This document shows positions 39,356 to 59,236 of a stretch of 64,000 nucleotides of DNA, piece after piece. Position 1 is the first letter of the stretch, and each line of letters starts with the position of its first letter. Under the pieces are notes generated by a model. The model was given only the letters and a program-made list of their open reading frames with translations. It was not told where the DNA came from and did no database searches. This DNA is from Chrysomallon squamiferum (Eukaryota; Animalia; Mollusca), in assembly GCA_012295275.1 (NCBI GenBank), contig CM022672.1:4712001-4776000 (forward strand), read 5' to 3'. Position numbers and translations under genes: made by a program.

Positions 39356-41104
39356 TAAATGATATAATCATTCGATACATCTGTATTCAACTATTATGAC
39401 ATTCTAATTATAAAAATTTTTATTTGGATTTCAATCTGCAACAACATGCTATAGAACCTATTTCAGTGCAAACAAATAACCGAAATACATTTTTGCAAAC
39501 TATCCAGTTACTGAAACTGAATTTTATGATAGGGACTTAACTTTGTTAAAAATAAAGTAGTAAATATACCTAGCAACTTAAAAAGACTACCATTTTCCTT
39601 CCACTTTTTTTTTTTTTGGTTTATTTTATATTGTGTTATGACATGTTGTAAGTAAATTTAAAAGCCCCCACTAAATGTGATAAACAAAATGACATACCTT
39701 TTCCTCCAATTTACTCTTGTATTTGTTGAACTTTTTCATGTGTAAATCAGTGGCAAAACTATTACATCTATTGACTACAGTATATAGGGGTACTTTAGAT
39801 AAATATGAACAATGGAAATTACTTTCAACTATAGGAAAATTGGCTTTGGAGTAACAAATTTAATTTAAATACTTTAATAAACAAAAAAATGTAAATATTT
39901 ACTGAACATTTATCTCCTTGTTGACCAGGAAGATGCAATCTACAACAGGTTATATTTACAATTAATATATAATTTAGTTAAATTTATAATGTTATAATTG
40001 CATTATTATTTTTCTTCTTGTATTAAAATGCTAATATATAAACAAGTAAACAAAATACTCCATACATACATACATAAATACATATATGTAATATTTATCA
40101 CTTACCTTTTATTGCTAACTGCCAATTTATAAATATTAACTTAACTGTTGATATTAAAATGAGCTTGTCTGTTGTAAAGTTTTCCTTTTAAATATGGTTT
40201 CAATTACAATGACACAGTTACTGTGTAATATACATAAATAAACAGATGCTTAAGCTTAGTCTAAACACTGTACAATATTATATAAACAAACACATTTTCA
40301 TATTTATTAAATATTTCTTTAGATATATTGTGTAGCATGACAAACAAAAAAATATTTCTAACCTTTTTGAAATTAAATTTTATCTGTTATTTTGAATTTT
40401 GAAAATGTTCGAATGTACAGTATCTAAAGATGTACAAAACAAAAAAGTAAACTCTTTACAAACTACATTATTTATCTCTGTTCAAAAAGACAGAGTTATA
40501 TGAATTGTATTAGTAGCATTATTCATAATGAAGCAAAAACAGCTTTATTAAAAGTTGTAACTGAAAAGTGATTTTCTGTTTGGGAAAGGTTAACTGTAAC
40601 CATAGATTTTTTTTTTTTTTTTTGAATTTAGTGAAGCGTAAAAAAAAATTAAAAATTAAAGAACAGTCAAAGTTGTCAAATAGTTAATTTTTAATTTTTA
40701 ATTTTTAATTTTTAATGTTTGGACACCACTGCCAATTTGACTTTTAAAGGCCCTTTCTGAAGCAAAACTGTCTCTAACAAACTTTAATTACTTCATATAA
40801 TGTCGTATCATGAATTGCAAATACACAGACTAATTTGTTTTTCCACACCTCTGCAAAGTATATTTACACTGATACCTGAAACCAGAGTTGGTAAAATCAT
40901 TCATTTGTGCTCGACTTTCACACGGTGAAAAGTAGAATCTTTAAAAATTCATAACACCACTTCCACTAACTCTACAAGCAAAGTGTTTATACCAAATTAT
41001 TCAGAGTGAAAAGATCTAAATGATGCAGTACATTTAGAAGAGATAAATTAGAAAACATGAAATATTAATTTTTGGTCGGAAGAGGTAGTGTACAATCTTA
41101 GTGC

Positions 41105-41170
41105 TAGTAATAATGATGATTTACTGAGTGCCCCCTTCTTCCTGAGAGCATGGCTCAAAGTACTTAACAG
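41105..41170 (-). mobile_element. L2-type LINE/SINE 3' tail remnant
   Basis: rc TGTTAAGTACTTTGAG...GAAGGGGGCACTCAGTAAATCATCATTATTA resembles the TGTAAAGCGCTTTGAG...GCGCTATATAAAT(ATT)n tail (recalled consensus). Confidence 0.35.
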
Positions 41171-44100
41171 TGAGAGGATACTAAGAACATATGGACACAA
41201 ACAGGATGGATAATGAATTACAATGTAACAATACTTAATAAAATTACATACAGTGTTTGGTGATGTTAATTTAAATGGAGCAGAAGCTGAATTTAAGAAG
41301 TGACTTTTTAAAACATGTTTTTGAGAACCGGTTTGGATATTGTATTTAGTGCTTTGATCCAAGTTTGAAACACAGTAACCTTAATTTACCACCCTAACTC
41401 TAATTAAACACATTTATTCCATCATCATTTCTAATATATATTTTCCAAGGCACTGCCACAACTGCAGAAAGAAAAGGAAGAGAAATTGAGGTCATGTGAC
41501 TGCAGATTTTTCACTCTTTTGGGCATCAGAAATAAATAAACTGCTCAAAACATTTTTCATCAAGGATTTCTACCACTTTTATGTGGCAAAACCTTTTATA
41601 TTTGACATATGAATGAAGTTAAGATAGGGTATTTCTGTTTGGTCAAGCCTTTTAGCAGGAAGAAAGCTTGTATAGTGAACTCCATGAGCATTTATTAATG
41701 ATATCCGCAATACACATTTGTAGAAACACAATGAGGTGGCACTTCAGACTGAAATTAAATGTTTGTTTTAATACAGTGTAACTTTTGTGCAATAAACACA
41801 AAAATAAGAATTCAAATTTTCCATTCGTGCAGTTTATATTTAGATAGGACCTCAAACTGAAATAAATTAAGCTTTCAAAAGTCAGTAAAAATAGGTCAAA
41901 ACAGAATGGCAGATCAAATAGACATGTTTCTTTTGGGTACTTATTAAAATATGTTACAAATACCTTTTTCATTTTCTTTTATATGCAATAAAACATGTGA
42001 ACAGAATTCTGTGGATGCATAACAAGTTTCTTGGTTTCACATCCAGCTGTGAAGTGATAACATCCATTCAAGATAAAAAAAACTGGCGTTTGTCTTCTGT
42101 ATCATTTTTTAAAGAATATTTATAAGACTAAACCATTTTTACATTCGAGTATTCTTGAAAAAAATTCTTTCAGTTATAAATATATCCTTAAATTATTAGA
42201 AGTACACAAATTTCTCACGTGACTAAATTACAATATATTCTCATTGTTACAAGTGACACTGAAAAAAAGTAACCAGGAAGCTCACAGGTTTGCAATGAAA
42301 GAGCTATACACTAAACATAAATAACCTGACTCAACATACCCAAAGAATAGAATGACACTGTTTAGGTAAGTAAACTGACCCAGAATATTTATCACATTTG
42401 GAAAAATACAATTACTTGAATTAAAAATAGATATCTGAGATGTACATGTCTTTCTTTTACATGTCTTGTGTAATTTTACAAAATATGACGCACATGCATG
42501 AGTGTATTAAGAGCATATGTGTGCATGCTATTCTATATACAGTAACAGTAATAAGAAAAACAAATTTCAAAAAATAAATCTCACTGCAATAGATTTGATA
42601 TTATCATCATCATCATCTTTTTGATTATTGCTATAAACTATATTAAAAACTATTTTAAAAAATGAACCAACAAATTTGCTAATTCTGTTTACCTGTTCCT
42701 TTTGTTCAACAATTTCCATAACTTGTTTTAAAGATAAAAACCAGACTGCTAAGATAAAACAATAAGCAAAACGTTTTATCTGCTGATTTTAACCCACATA
42801 ATGAGATATCTGTCACAGTTTTGGCCGATATTTTGAAGTGTTTCACTGTTTAACAGCCAACATCAACAAACTTGTGTCCGTTGTATCACCATTTGACCAA
42901 CTGAACAATGACAGACTTGTGTCAAAGGTTGAATCAGACACAAAACTGTCACAAATGACAAGACTAAGTTGATTTATTTATCACAATTAAGCATGAAACT
43001 TCTATTTTGTGATTACTGTTATATTTTGATATGCACATTCGTAAGTGAATGAATATTGTTTAGAAATACCCCACTGCAATTTATTTTTAACAGTTACTGA
43101 ACTCCAAATGAAAATTTTAAATGTTAATTAATACAGGAGATGAACCAGTTGCAACTACAAAGTGACCTGTTTTTTTCAGCTAAAGAACTAATATATACAC
43201 ACACACATAAACACACACACACACATCTTTTTTAACTGTTTAGGAAAATGTAATTTGATGCATACACTGGAAGATGATTCCAAAACTGTTGTTTCCAGCT
43301 TACTATCCAAACAATACCTCTCCAACAACAAATGTAAATATATTTATTTGTATGCTCAATAATTTTGACATTCTTAATTCCACATCACTTCTTTTTGTTA
43401 CCTACAAGAAGTAAAAAGTTGTTAATGTGCTGGAATGTAAAGAAACAGCCCGAAGACAGCAAAATCTGATGATTATTCACATCATAACAGCAAAGATTTG
43501 TTGATAAGAAATTATTTAGACAATAAAATTACCTCATTTTTGCACTGGAATTTTTATCTTGTACATTTTAATGTTCGTTTGTTCTAGTTTTTATTTATTT
43601 ATTATTTATTTATTATTTATTATTTATTATTTATTTACTTATTTATTATTTATTATTATTTATGCCCCAGTCTAACCCAAATGTATCGATATTTTAACTC
43701 TTGCCCTTTTTCATTTCCAATCTCAGAATGTGTCTCTCATAATTATTCATTATCTAACAACACATATGTATATGCATAAATAAGCAGATAATGTCTCCAC
43801 ATTCTCAAAAGCAAAAGAAGAAGAAGAAGAAGAAAAATAAAGATTTATCTATACCATTTCTATTCTATACAGTTATGAAGATGAGGTTGCAGAAGATATA
43901 GAAAAGAAGATAGTTTCTAATCCCAAACACTCAAAAAAATACTAATACTTTTTTTACAGACTTTATCTAAAATAAATCTTTAAATTACCGCTTTCTCTTC
44001 ATGATGTATTTATGCATGATGTATTTTCACATGCATGACTAAACATCAATATAATAAGTGTGTCATCGTTGGTATAAATTTCTAAATTTGTTTAAGATGA

Positions 44101-44880
44101 CACATTACATGCCCATATAAAAAAAAAACATAAACTCCCCCCACCAAAAAACAAGGTCAAATTGGAGAATATTCTGCAGCTAAATTAAAGATTAATATTT
44201 TAGAAAACTCTCATGGCCTGTCTGACAAACATAGCTTGCATTCTCAGTGGACATAAATCACATGTCAATTGTTGACCACTTCAAACACAATGGTTTTGTT
44301 TTGTAATGAAAAGGTCCCTTTATGGTCAAGGCAAAGTGAAATTTAATACTGCACCAAGATATTGTTTATCTGATAATTTTAAACTTTGTGATATTCAATA
44401 CTTAGCTTTGATAGATGAAGGAAATGGTGATGATCATTATATATATATATATAACTGAGATATTACAATTGTAAACGCATTATTTGTTAAATATATTAAT
44501 AAAAACAATAATAATAATAATTTTCATTTAGCGAATTGGTGGTTCTTTGTTTTTGTTTGCATGTGTGCGTGATTTGAATTTATCAGGAATTTTAAAAAAA
44601 ATTATTATTATTATTATTATTATTATTATTGCTTTCTTTCATTTTAGACGTCTATGACTTAGATACTGCTTAGTTCATGCTACAAAACAATGCCACAAGC
44701 CATATTTTGACATGACATAATTACAGATTTTTAAAAATAAAATATATTATATGCTGCTGTTTAAATCTATTTTAAATATATCTGCGATATTTTATGCTAA
44801 CAGCATACATTATCTATAATAAAATTTTAAGAACAAAAATATGTAGCTTTTAATCGAGAAGTGTTGCTTGCTATACTCAC

Positions 44881-45623
44881 AAAAACAACATGAATGCTGG
44901 AATGGATCGTGTCATTGACAGTCACAACTTATTTTAACTTCCTGGTTTAAAAATCAATCACTTTCATTTTAATAACGATTCGTATTTAAACCATATCTAT
45001 GAAACATACGGAAACATCTTCATTCATTGAAAGATATGTATTTCGTGACTTCCACTCCTCTTCCTAATTCAGAAATATAATATGTTCAAAAATATCTTTT
45101 GCTTTCAAACAAATCGCGACCTCTTATTAGTCAGCAAGTTCAATTCGGTTATCTCCCTTATTTCATAAGTTGGCCGAATTTTCTAACAAACATAAAATAA
45201 TTTTATTTGATCATCAGTATTTAAATATATTTATTAATATTAACTGATTATTTAATTTTAAAATCAATGCATATAAAAAGAAGATTTTTGTCTAAAAAGC
45301 CTCAACAGGAAATAAATTAAAATAATAAAAGACCTAATAAAGAATTTAGTTAAGGGAATTTAAAATAGGTTGGCTGATTGTTATTTACACAGACTTACAA
45401 TTTAATGAATGTTATTGCTTTTAATATCTTCAGATATACAGTAATTAAATATGATTTTTAAAAATGCAAATTAAGATATATATATTGTTATATATAATAA
45501 TATTAACACGTACTCAAAGACAAATATTCTCGCAGGCACTCGTACAAAAAAGCTTAGTAAGCTAAAGGCAATTATTATTCATTAATTTTTGAAGGCGATT
45601 TGATTCTTTGAAAACACTGCATG

Positions 45624-45675
<52 letters not shown>

Positions 45676-45933
45676 TGTGTTAAGCTGAAGTGCCTTTTAT
45701 ATACTATATTTAATACTGTTAAATCAAGGTTAATTTTATTCATCAATAATACTGATAATCTCTTTTGTGATCTAAAACATTTCAGCGTCTATTTTTGGTG
45801 TAATACGGTAATGAAACGACCGACCTTGCTTATAGTTATTGTTTCCTTTCATACTATTGAAAGGTCTAAAACACACTTTATCCATTGCATGTGGTGGAAG
45901 TTGTTCGCATTAGAAGCTGGTCAAATTGCCATT
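44881..45933. promoter_or_regulatory. Candidate bidirectional promoter with non-coding first exons of the PH-PDZ gene (-) and OAT (+)
   Basis: Outward-facing donors: minus |GTGAGT after 44881 and plus |GTAAGT after 45933. CpGs reappear here; ETS-type ACTTCCTG near 44937; TTATCTCCC at 45149. Confidence 0.6.
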
Positions 45934-46582
45934 GTAAGTATTTTATCATTCAAACATTTCTTTGAAAAAAATAAAAATAAATAAACAAACAACATGTAAT
46001 AGGTAAAACCAAAATATTTAGCATGTTTATTTATTAGTAAATGATATTGTAAATTATTTACGTATAATAAACACATTGTTTGAACTATTTCCGATGGTTA
46101 CATATCTTCGAATGTCACAGCTGTGATTCGCATTTTTAGATTTTTGTATTATATATCGTATGATGTTGTCGAACAGAATATGAACTTTGAATATTGCCTT
46201 TGAGGCTTAATTATTGTGATTATTACTAGACTATACAGCGTTTAAGTTTCATCATCATGATCATGTATAAACTTGTTAATATTTACAATAGTTACACAAC
46301 TGACAATGCAAACATTTATGTAATACCTAAATATAATTTAATCAGCATTAACCTGTCATCAAAAGTTAATTATGACAATTTTGTACAACAGTCAAAAGTA
46401 ACCTGAACTGTTAGAATAATAAATAGTTTGTTACACCATGACACGATGTTGCATTTGCAGATCTATATTTATTTACATTGCAAATAAAAATTATGTTCTT
46501 GCATTAGCGTTAGTGCACCTCAGTTACTTGTAAACACCGCTGAAATATTTTTAACATACAACAAACAATACATTTAAAATGT

Positions 46583-46585
<3 letters not shown>

Positions 46586-46680
<95 letters not shown>

Positions 46681-46700
46681 GTCTGTCTGTCTGTCTGTCT
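46586..46700. repeat. (CT)n + (CTGT)n microsatellite
   Basis: Seen directly. Confidence 0.97.
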
Positions 46701-46980
46701 CTGTTTCTCCTGCTTCTCCTTTACTGAGGGAGGAAGAACTTCATACTGCCAGTGTAAATTATTAGTGTTTTGCAGATGAATGAACGAACACATACAATAA
46801 TTTTAATTTAAATGGATTTTCACAACATGCAAATATGTTAACTATGCTTACTAATATGTACAGATAACCTCCTCAGACATACACATACATGCATTTCAAA
46901 TTTACTCAGTTTAGCATGTGCAAATTATTAAATTGTTTTAGATCTTATGAATTATTCTATACACAAATAGTAATTATAAC

Positions 46981-47020
<40 letters not shown>

Positions 47021-47068
47021 ATGTAAAATTTATTTTGACAGATTAACTAAATAAAATAACAAATCAAG

Positions 47069-52811
<5,743 letters not shown>

Positions 52812-55671
52812 AAGTAATATCCGACTTGCACGAATCTCCACGATTTTCTAACTTTATTGAAATTTAGACACGCATTTGTCTCAAGAAGCATTTATTGGTA
52901 TATTTAATGATTTTTTTTTTTGTGGACTTTTTGACTTTTACGAGTGTTATTTTCTTTACTTTTTGCATTGAAGTTCTTTCTTGCCTTTTAATGAATACTC
53001 TGACGATGAAATTGAATTAACACTTGAAAATGTATTTTTATTGCTTTTGTTTAGTGAATATTTTGGAGATATTTTTAAGGTGTTTTTTTTTTTTTCAGAT
53101 TATACTTTTTATTATTACAAATCATTAAATCAAAAAATGTTTTTAATTTTTTAATATAAAGATTGAAGAAAATATATATGCATACATTTTTCTATTTCTT
53201 ACATATGTCAGTAGACTGAAAATAATTGTTAATCTAGTGGTAAATTTTTAAGGGTTGACATTTAATATACCCTAGGTATTTGGTGCAAGTATACATTTCT
53301 TTAAGCTTTAGTATTTTATGGACATAGACATACTTTAGTTCTATATATATATATATATATGTAAATGGTTATAAAAATATTAATGATAATTTATGATTTA
53401 TTAACTCTTTTTTAATTTGTGAAGGATAAAATATATTTTAATTGTGATATTTGTCTGATTTTTTGGTGCTTGCAAAATTTGATTTTTAAAATGTCATCGG
53501 CTTGGAATCCACTGAGTGTTTTATGTGTCACTATTAAAAGTTCTAAATATAGAAATGTAAAAATAAAAAAAATAAATAATAGATTCTACATATACCAATA
53601 GGTAGAACAAACATACTAACCTTAATGGATAAATCATTCCAATGTGCCAGGTAACCCAGTATTGCATGGTTAAGATTAAATTTATCTCCCTTTATACTTT
53701 AATCTAATAATGACATTTTCTCGTGATACACAAATGCACAAACCGTTAAGTAAAATTGATTTTGTTTTACATGCATATATTGCATTATCAAAGTAACTAC
53801 CGAACAGTTTAATTAGTTCATAATATTATTAAATCAAAACAAATATAATCATGAATTGATATTAATTAGCCTATAATAATAATAAAAATAACATTATTGT
53901 AAAATTTAATAATGAAAAAATGTTTTCCGTTACAGCTAAAAATATATTTTATATGAGATATATATAGTAAAATATTATGAACTTTATCTTGTGATAAATG
54001 CACATCTTATTTTTTTATCAAATAATATAGGGAAAAATTATATTAAAATTAGATACATATTTTATTTATCATCCTTTACTTTTATTTTCAATTTTTTAAG
54101 TATATTAAACAGCAGGACATTTTGTATATTATGTTCCAAATGAACGTTTAATTTTTATTTATTTTGAACTGAACTAGTATTAGACAAAAATATTTTACAC
54201 CTGTCCTTTATGTAGAATAATTTTTAAGTCTAAAATATTTTACTTTGTAATTAGTATGTTCTGGTGCTATGTTAAATTATTTACCCAGTGCTTCAATTTA
54301 ACTCAAATTTAATAATAATAATAATAATAATAATAAAATAAATGAACTGTGTTTAACATGAAATATTTATGTATTTTTCTCTGTGATACTAAAAGCAGGG
54401 TATAATAATATAATTATCCAGAAATCATTACTTTGTTATTAATTCAAGTTTTATTTTTATTTTACGTTAAACAAAATGGCTAATTTTCAACTGTGATGAC
54501 TTAACTTTGTGCTACATGTCCAGAGAGGGATAATTTTTAAATATGTACATTTTATACATCAAAACTAAAAGATGGTAGAAATATTATTTAAAAAAAAAAA
54601 AAAAATTACAAATTGTAAAAAAAAAAAAATGTGTAACTGTTTCTAAATGGCAAATCTCTTCTTTTTTTTAACATACATGATATCTGATTGCTTGCATATT
54701 GTAAAGGTTAATACTTTCTTATTCACAAGTATTCAGAATGTTTAGTATTTGCTTTGTTTTTCTGTCCTATAATTATTAACAATTGCCTTGCGCTTTCTTA
54801 ATATCTTTAATTACTTTATTTGTCTTTGGATGTTTGATTTTTAATTTAGAATAATTTGGTGCTTAGCAAATCTTTGCTTTGTTCTTAATACTCATTTCTG
54901 CCTTATTTTTTTTTTCCCTTTACTGTTTTTTCTTTATTTTTATTATTACTATGATTATTATTATTATTATTATTATTATTATTTTCATTTATTCTTGTGA
55001 TGTTTTGACCAATTTTAAATCACTGTTACCTCATTATTTTGAAGCATTTTGCTGACTCTGAGAATCTCTTCAAAGATATTTGATTCAACATTGTTTTCTA
55101 CATACTGATATTTTTACTCAGATATTTACATGTATGCATTATTAAAATACATTGTAGCATATATATGTACTACTTTACAGCTATTTCACACACACACACA
55201 TTTATATATATATATATATATTCTTTTTTCTTTTTAATTAAAATTCTAAGTTTTACAGTTTAATTTCATAACAAGTATTAAAAATAAATCTAGTGCTAAT
55301 AAACACAAGCACTGCAAGCTTGTTATAAACATTTACTATGGAAATAATATAACAGTCTTTGTAACCTATGGCAACATTTGTAACAAACCTTGGCAGATAC
55401 CGGATTATTGCTACCACCACCACTACTATTGCTATGGCTACTAGCATTGTTGTTGTTGTTGTTGTTGTTGTTATTTTTATTATTATTATTATTATCATCA
55501 TTATTATCATTATTATTGATGTCGTTTCTGTTAAATATTCCAATTTTTAAAAATATTTTCCAATATGGCTCTAAGGGACATCTATTTTGTCATGTTTGCT
55601 TTACACGCATGTGAGCTTTATTTTGAATTCTGCAAAGCCTGCTACCTTTTGATGATGATCATGATGATTGG

Positions 55672-55709
<38 letters not shown>

Positions 55710-56193
55710 ATTAACTGCTAGTTTTGTGCCAGTATTTTGCTTTTTCCAATTGCACTCTGAATAATGTATTATTTTTAAATGCTACAGTATTTCTGCATTA
55801 TTTTTATAAAAGTCCATTGTTATATTTACAGAATTTCATTTTTCAGACTGAAAATTTTAATATAATCAGAATATTTATACATATATATATATATTTTTTA
55901 AATTACATACTACTGCTGTATGTTTACTGTAGGTATTAGCACTATACTTACAATTACCACATATCATCAATATCTTTGTAATATTATGTTATTCTTAATA
56001 TTGCTTAAAATTAAATGAATATTTTTATTCTGCAGCATGTATTAATAATATAATATTTATTACAACAACTACTATTATGGTAATGATGATGTTGATCAGA
56101 TGATGATGATTATTATTATTATTATTATTATTATTTATTCTAACTACTGCTTTTTTATTTAACAGTTATGATATTGATTAAGTAATGATGATG

Positions 56194-56228
<35 letters not shown>

Positions 56229-56435
56229 GCATATCACCAGCATTTCTGTTATATACGCAATAATGTGATTTCCATTTTATGTTTTTGGCTTTTGAATAAG
56301 ATGATGTTTAAAATTCAAATAGTGAAATGTGAATTTCAATAAAATTAGAAAATACTACCGAATTGTGTTATTACTCACTATGAACATGAAAAACAAATTA
56401 ATAATTAAAAAAGAAAACAGAGGGTGTAAATTCCC

Positions 56436-56479
<44 letters not shown>

Positions 56480-56550
56480 TCATCAATAAATGCCTAACCT
56501 AGAACATTGATCAAAAGAAACAGATGCTGAAATGGAAATAAGCATGTATA

Positions 56551-56690
56551 TTCCTTAATGTGGTGAGGAGACTTGTATATCTCAGTGACCCAAGAGCTAT
56601 GCCAGTAGGAGCTTTGGGTTTTATTAGGGATACCCATGTTTGGCTGGTCAGTGGGTAGATAGTTGCAGACTAAGGGTGAGGTAACCTAAC
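56551..56690 (+). mobile_element. RTE-clade LINE 5'-UTR fragment (Expander/BovB-type leader)
   Basis: Ordered blocks CCTT..GTGGTGAGG.G.CTTG....CTCA.TGA....GAGCTATGCC...TAGGG..ACCCA...GGTC...CAGACTAAG match the recalled conserved RTE leader. No ORF follows. Confidence 0.55.
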
Positions 56691-57439
56691 AAACCACGAG
56701 TGCTGAAATTTTGGGCCACACGGTGCACCCTAACAGAATTGTGATACTAAGCATCAACAGCTGTTATGACGACATTTCTAGACAATAATGACGTAATAAG
56801 TACGCGCCCTGTTGTGATGGATCACCAGAAGAAGTGATCTACAGAGAACAGTATTGTTCATAGTTGCTACTAGCCTTGAAACGTCAACAAAACTAACGAG
56901 AAGAAGAAGAAAAATTAATAAAATAAAAAATATTTTTTTTTTCAAAACGTAGACATAATTTGTTCACTGAACATGAGATTTACCTTTTGTTGGGTTATTT
57001 CAAAACAATCACATCCAAAAGTTAATTACTAAACATAATAATCGTAACTAAAATACCATTTATCTTTATTAATAGCGTCAGTAACCTACCAGAGTGTAAC
57101 AATAATTAATTTTTAATTACAGCAGTATTCCTAGTACAGTATAATCAGTAAGCAAGCAATTATTTTAACAAAAGCAAAAAACAAGAATCATTGTCCGATA
57201 TAAACTGGATCATGTCAGTTTTAATGTTAAACGTTCGTTGCACAAAATTAATAAAATAAAAACCATACTAAAAATAAATAAAATTAAAAAAAGAATATGT
57301 ATTTAGGCAATTTTCTCAAACGAACAAATAGCAAATTAAATATAAATAATATTTCTAGATGTAAATATATATATATTTATTTATTTATTAAATACTGGGG
57401 TGTTACCGTTTTTTATGGGTTTTTTTTATTATTATTTAT

Positions 57440-57491
<52 letters not shown>

Positions 57492-58899
57492 TCTAGATTT
57501 AAACTAAATTGTAAACTATCGAAGACCGGGTTAGCAATATTATTATAATGATAACATTTAGTTCGAGGCCGTTCGTTTTCCCTCCACTGTTACTTAGGAG
57601 GGCAACCACCGTATTTATCCTGGAGGGTACGTTTTAATTAAGACTTCGTCTTGTTAGACCACACTGGCAAGTGTGTGCTTCAAAACAATGCTAATCATGA
57701 AAAACAATATATGGTAACAACGCACGGAAACTCCACACAACACAACAAACCAGTTATGCTATCAGGAAAATTATTTTCCTAAACCGGAAATCAATCACAA
57801 ACGACGCGGCAGCATTTTTTTCTTTTCGCTCCAATTTACTCGAAGCGCGTGCGGGATTCTTCCCACCAGGTGAATGCACGCGAAGAGCTCGTGGCCGAAA
57901 AAAATGATTGTCGTCTGATTTCCGTGGTGATGCGCTTTCCGACTTTTTATATGGCACGCTTTAAGACATAATAAATTTCATAATTATTCCTGTGTGGGAG
58001 TTTTACAATATTTTCTGGTTTAATTTGCGGCCGCAGTGTTTTCGATTTGATGAAAATTATATGGTTTCAATTCTGTTTTGACCAAAAAATTATAGTGCAA
58101 AGATTTTCTGGGTGTACGAAGTAGCTATAAGCAATAAATTATTGAAACTTCTATGTGTTATTTTAATGTTTTTTCTTTGTGTTCTGCGTTAACTTTGACT
58201 ATAAATGATGAAAAGCAAATTAAGTAGATTTGTCACGCAAATATTTGTTATTCTAGAAACAAACTCATAAATCTGTGAAATTTGTCTTGTTAATTATTAT
58301 ATTCTGAAATCATATACTATCATAAAACAGGCTTATTTATTATTAGTTACATACGACTGTTACTACTACTACTACTACTACTACTATTATTATTGTTGTT
58401 GTTGTGTTTGTGAGTATGCATCTGTGTATATATGTATGGGAAATTAATTCAATATAAATACATTTGTTAACCATACATGCATATGTATGACTGTAAAAAT
58501 ATTTATGTTTGTATGCATCTTTAACGTTTTCTATAAATTTTAGGTTTCATTATGTATTTGTAAAAAAAAATATTTTGAATTTATTTGTGTTCGTTGGTAT
58601 TTTTTGTTTTTATTTTAATTTTTTAGTTACTATTCTGTATTATTTATTTATTTACATCTATTTGTTTTACAGTCTGTATGTACGTTAATGACGTTAATTT
58701 CTTCTCTTTTTTTTTTTCTTTTTTCTTTTTCTCTCAATGTTTTGTTTTGGTTTTTAAATTTATTTTATTTTACTTTACAACATTGTTTAACTTTTGCAAG
58801 ATTACAAATAATTTTGTTCTACCTTTTGATTTCTTCCCACAGTTTCAAGAGAAAATATTTATAGTGATTATAGTAATAGTAATCCTATAAAAACTCTAG

Positions 58900-58934
<35 letters not shown>

Positions 58935-58944
<10 letters not shown>

Positions 58945-59120
58945 AGCTATCTGCATATCACAGTGTTTCATTTACATTATTTGTTTTATTTTATTATTTT
59001 TAATTAATGTTGTTATTATTATTATTATTATTACAGCTATCTGCATATCACAGTGTTTCATTTACATTATTTATTTTATTTTATTTTATTATATTATTTT
59101 TAATTTATGTTATTATTATT
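58935..59120. repeat. Tandem duplication, 90-bp period, 2 copies
   Basis: acagctatctgcatatcacagtgtttcatttacattat at 58943 and 59033. Confidence 0.9.
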
Positions 59121-59124
59121 ATGT

Positions 59125-59155
<31 letters not shown>

Positions 59156-59191
59156 TTTTTAAAACTTTTTTTTTTTTTTTTATTTAATTTT

Positions 59192-59236
<45 letters not shown>

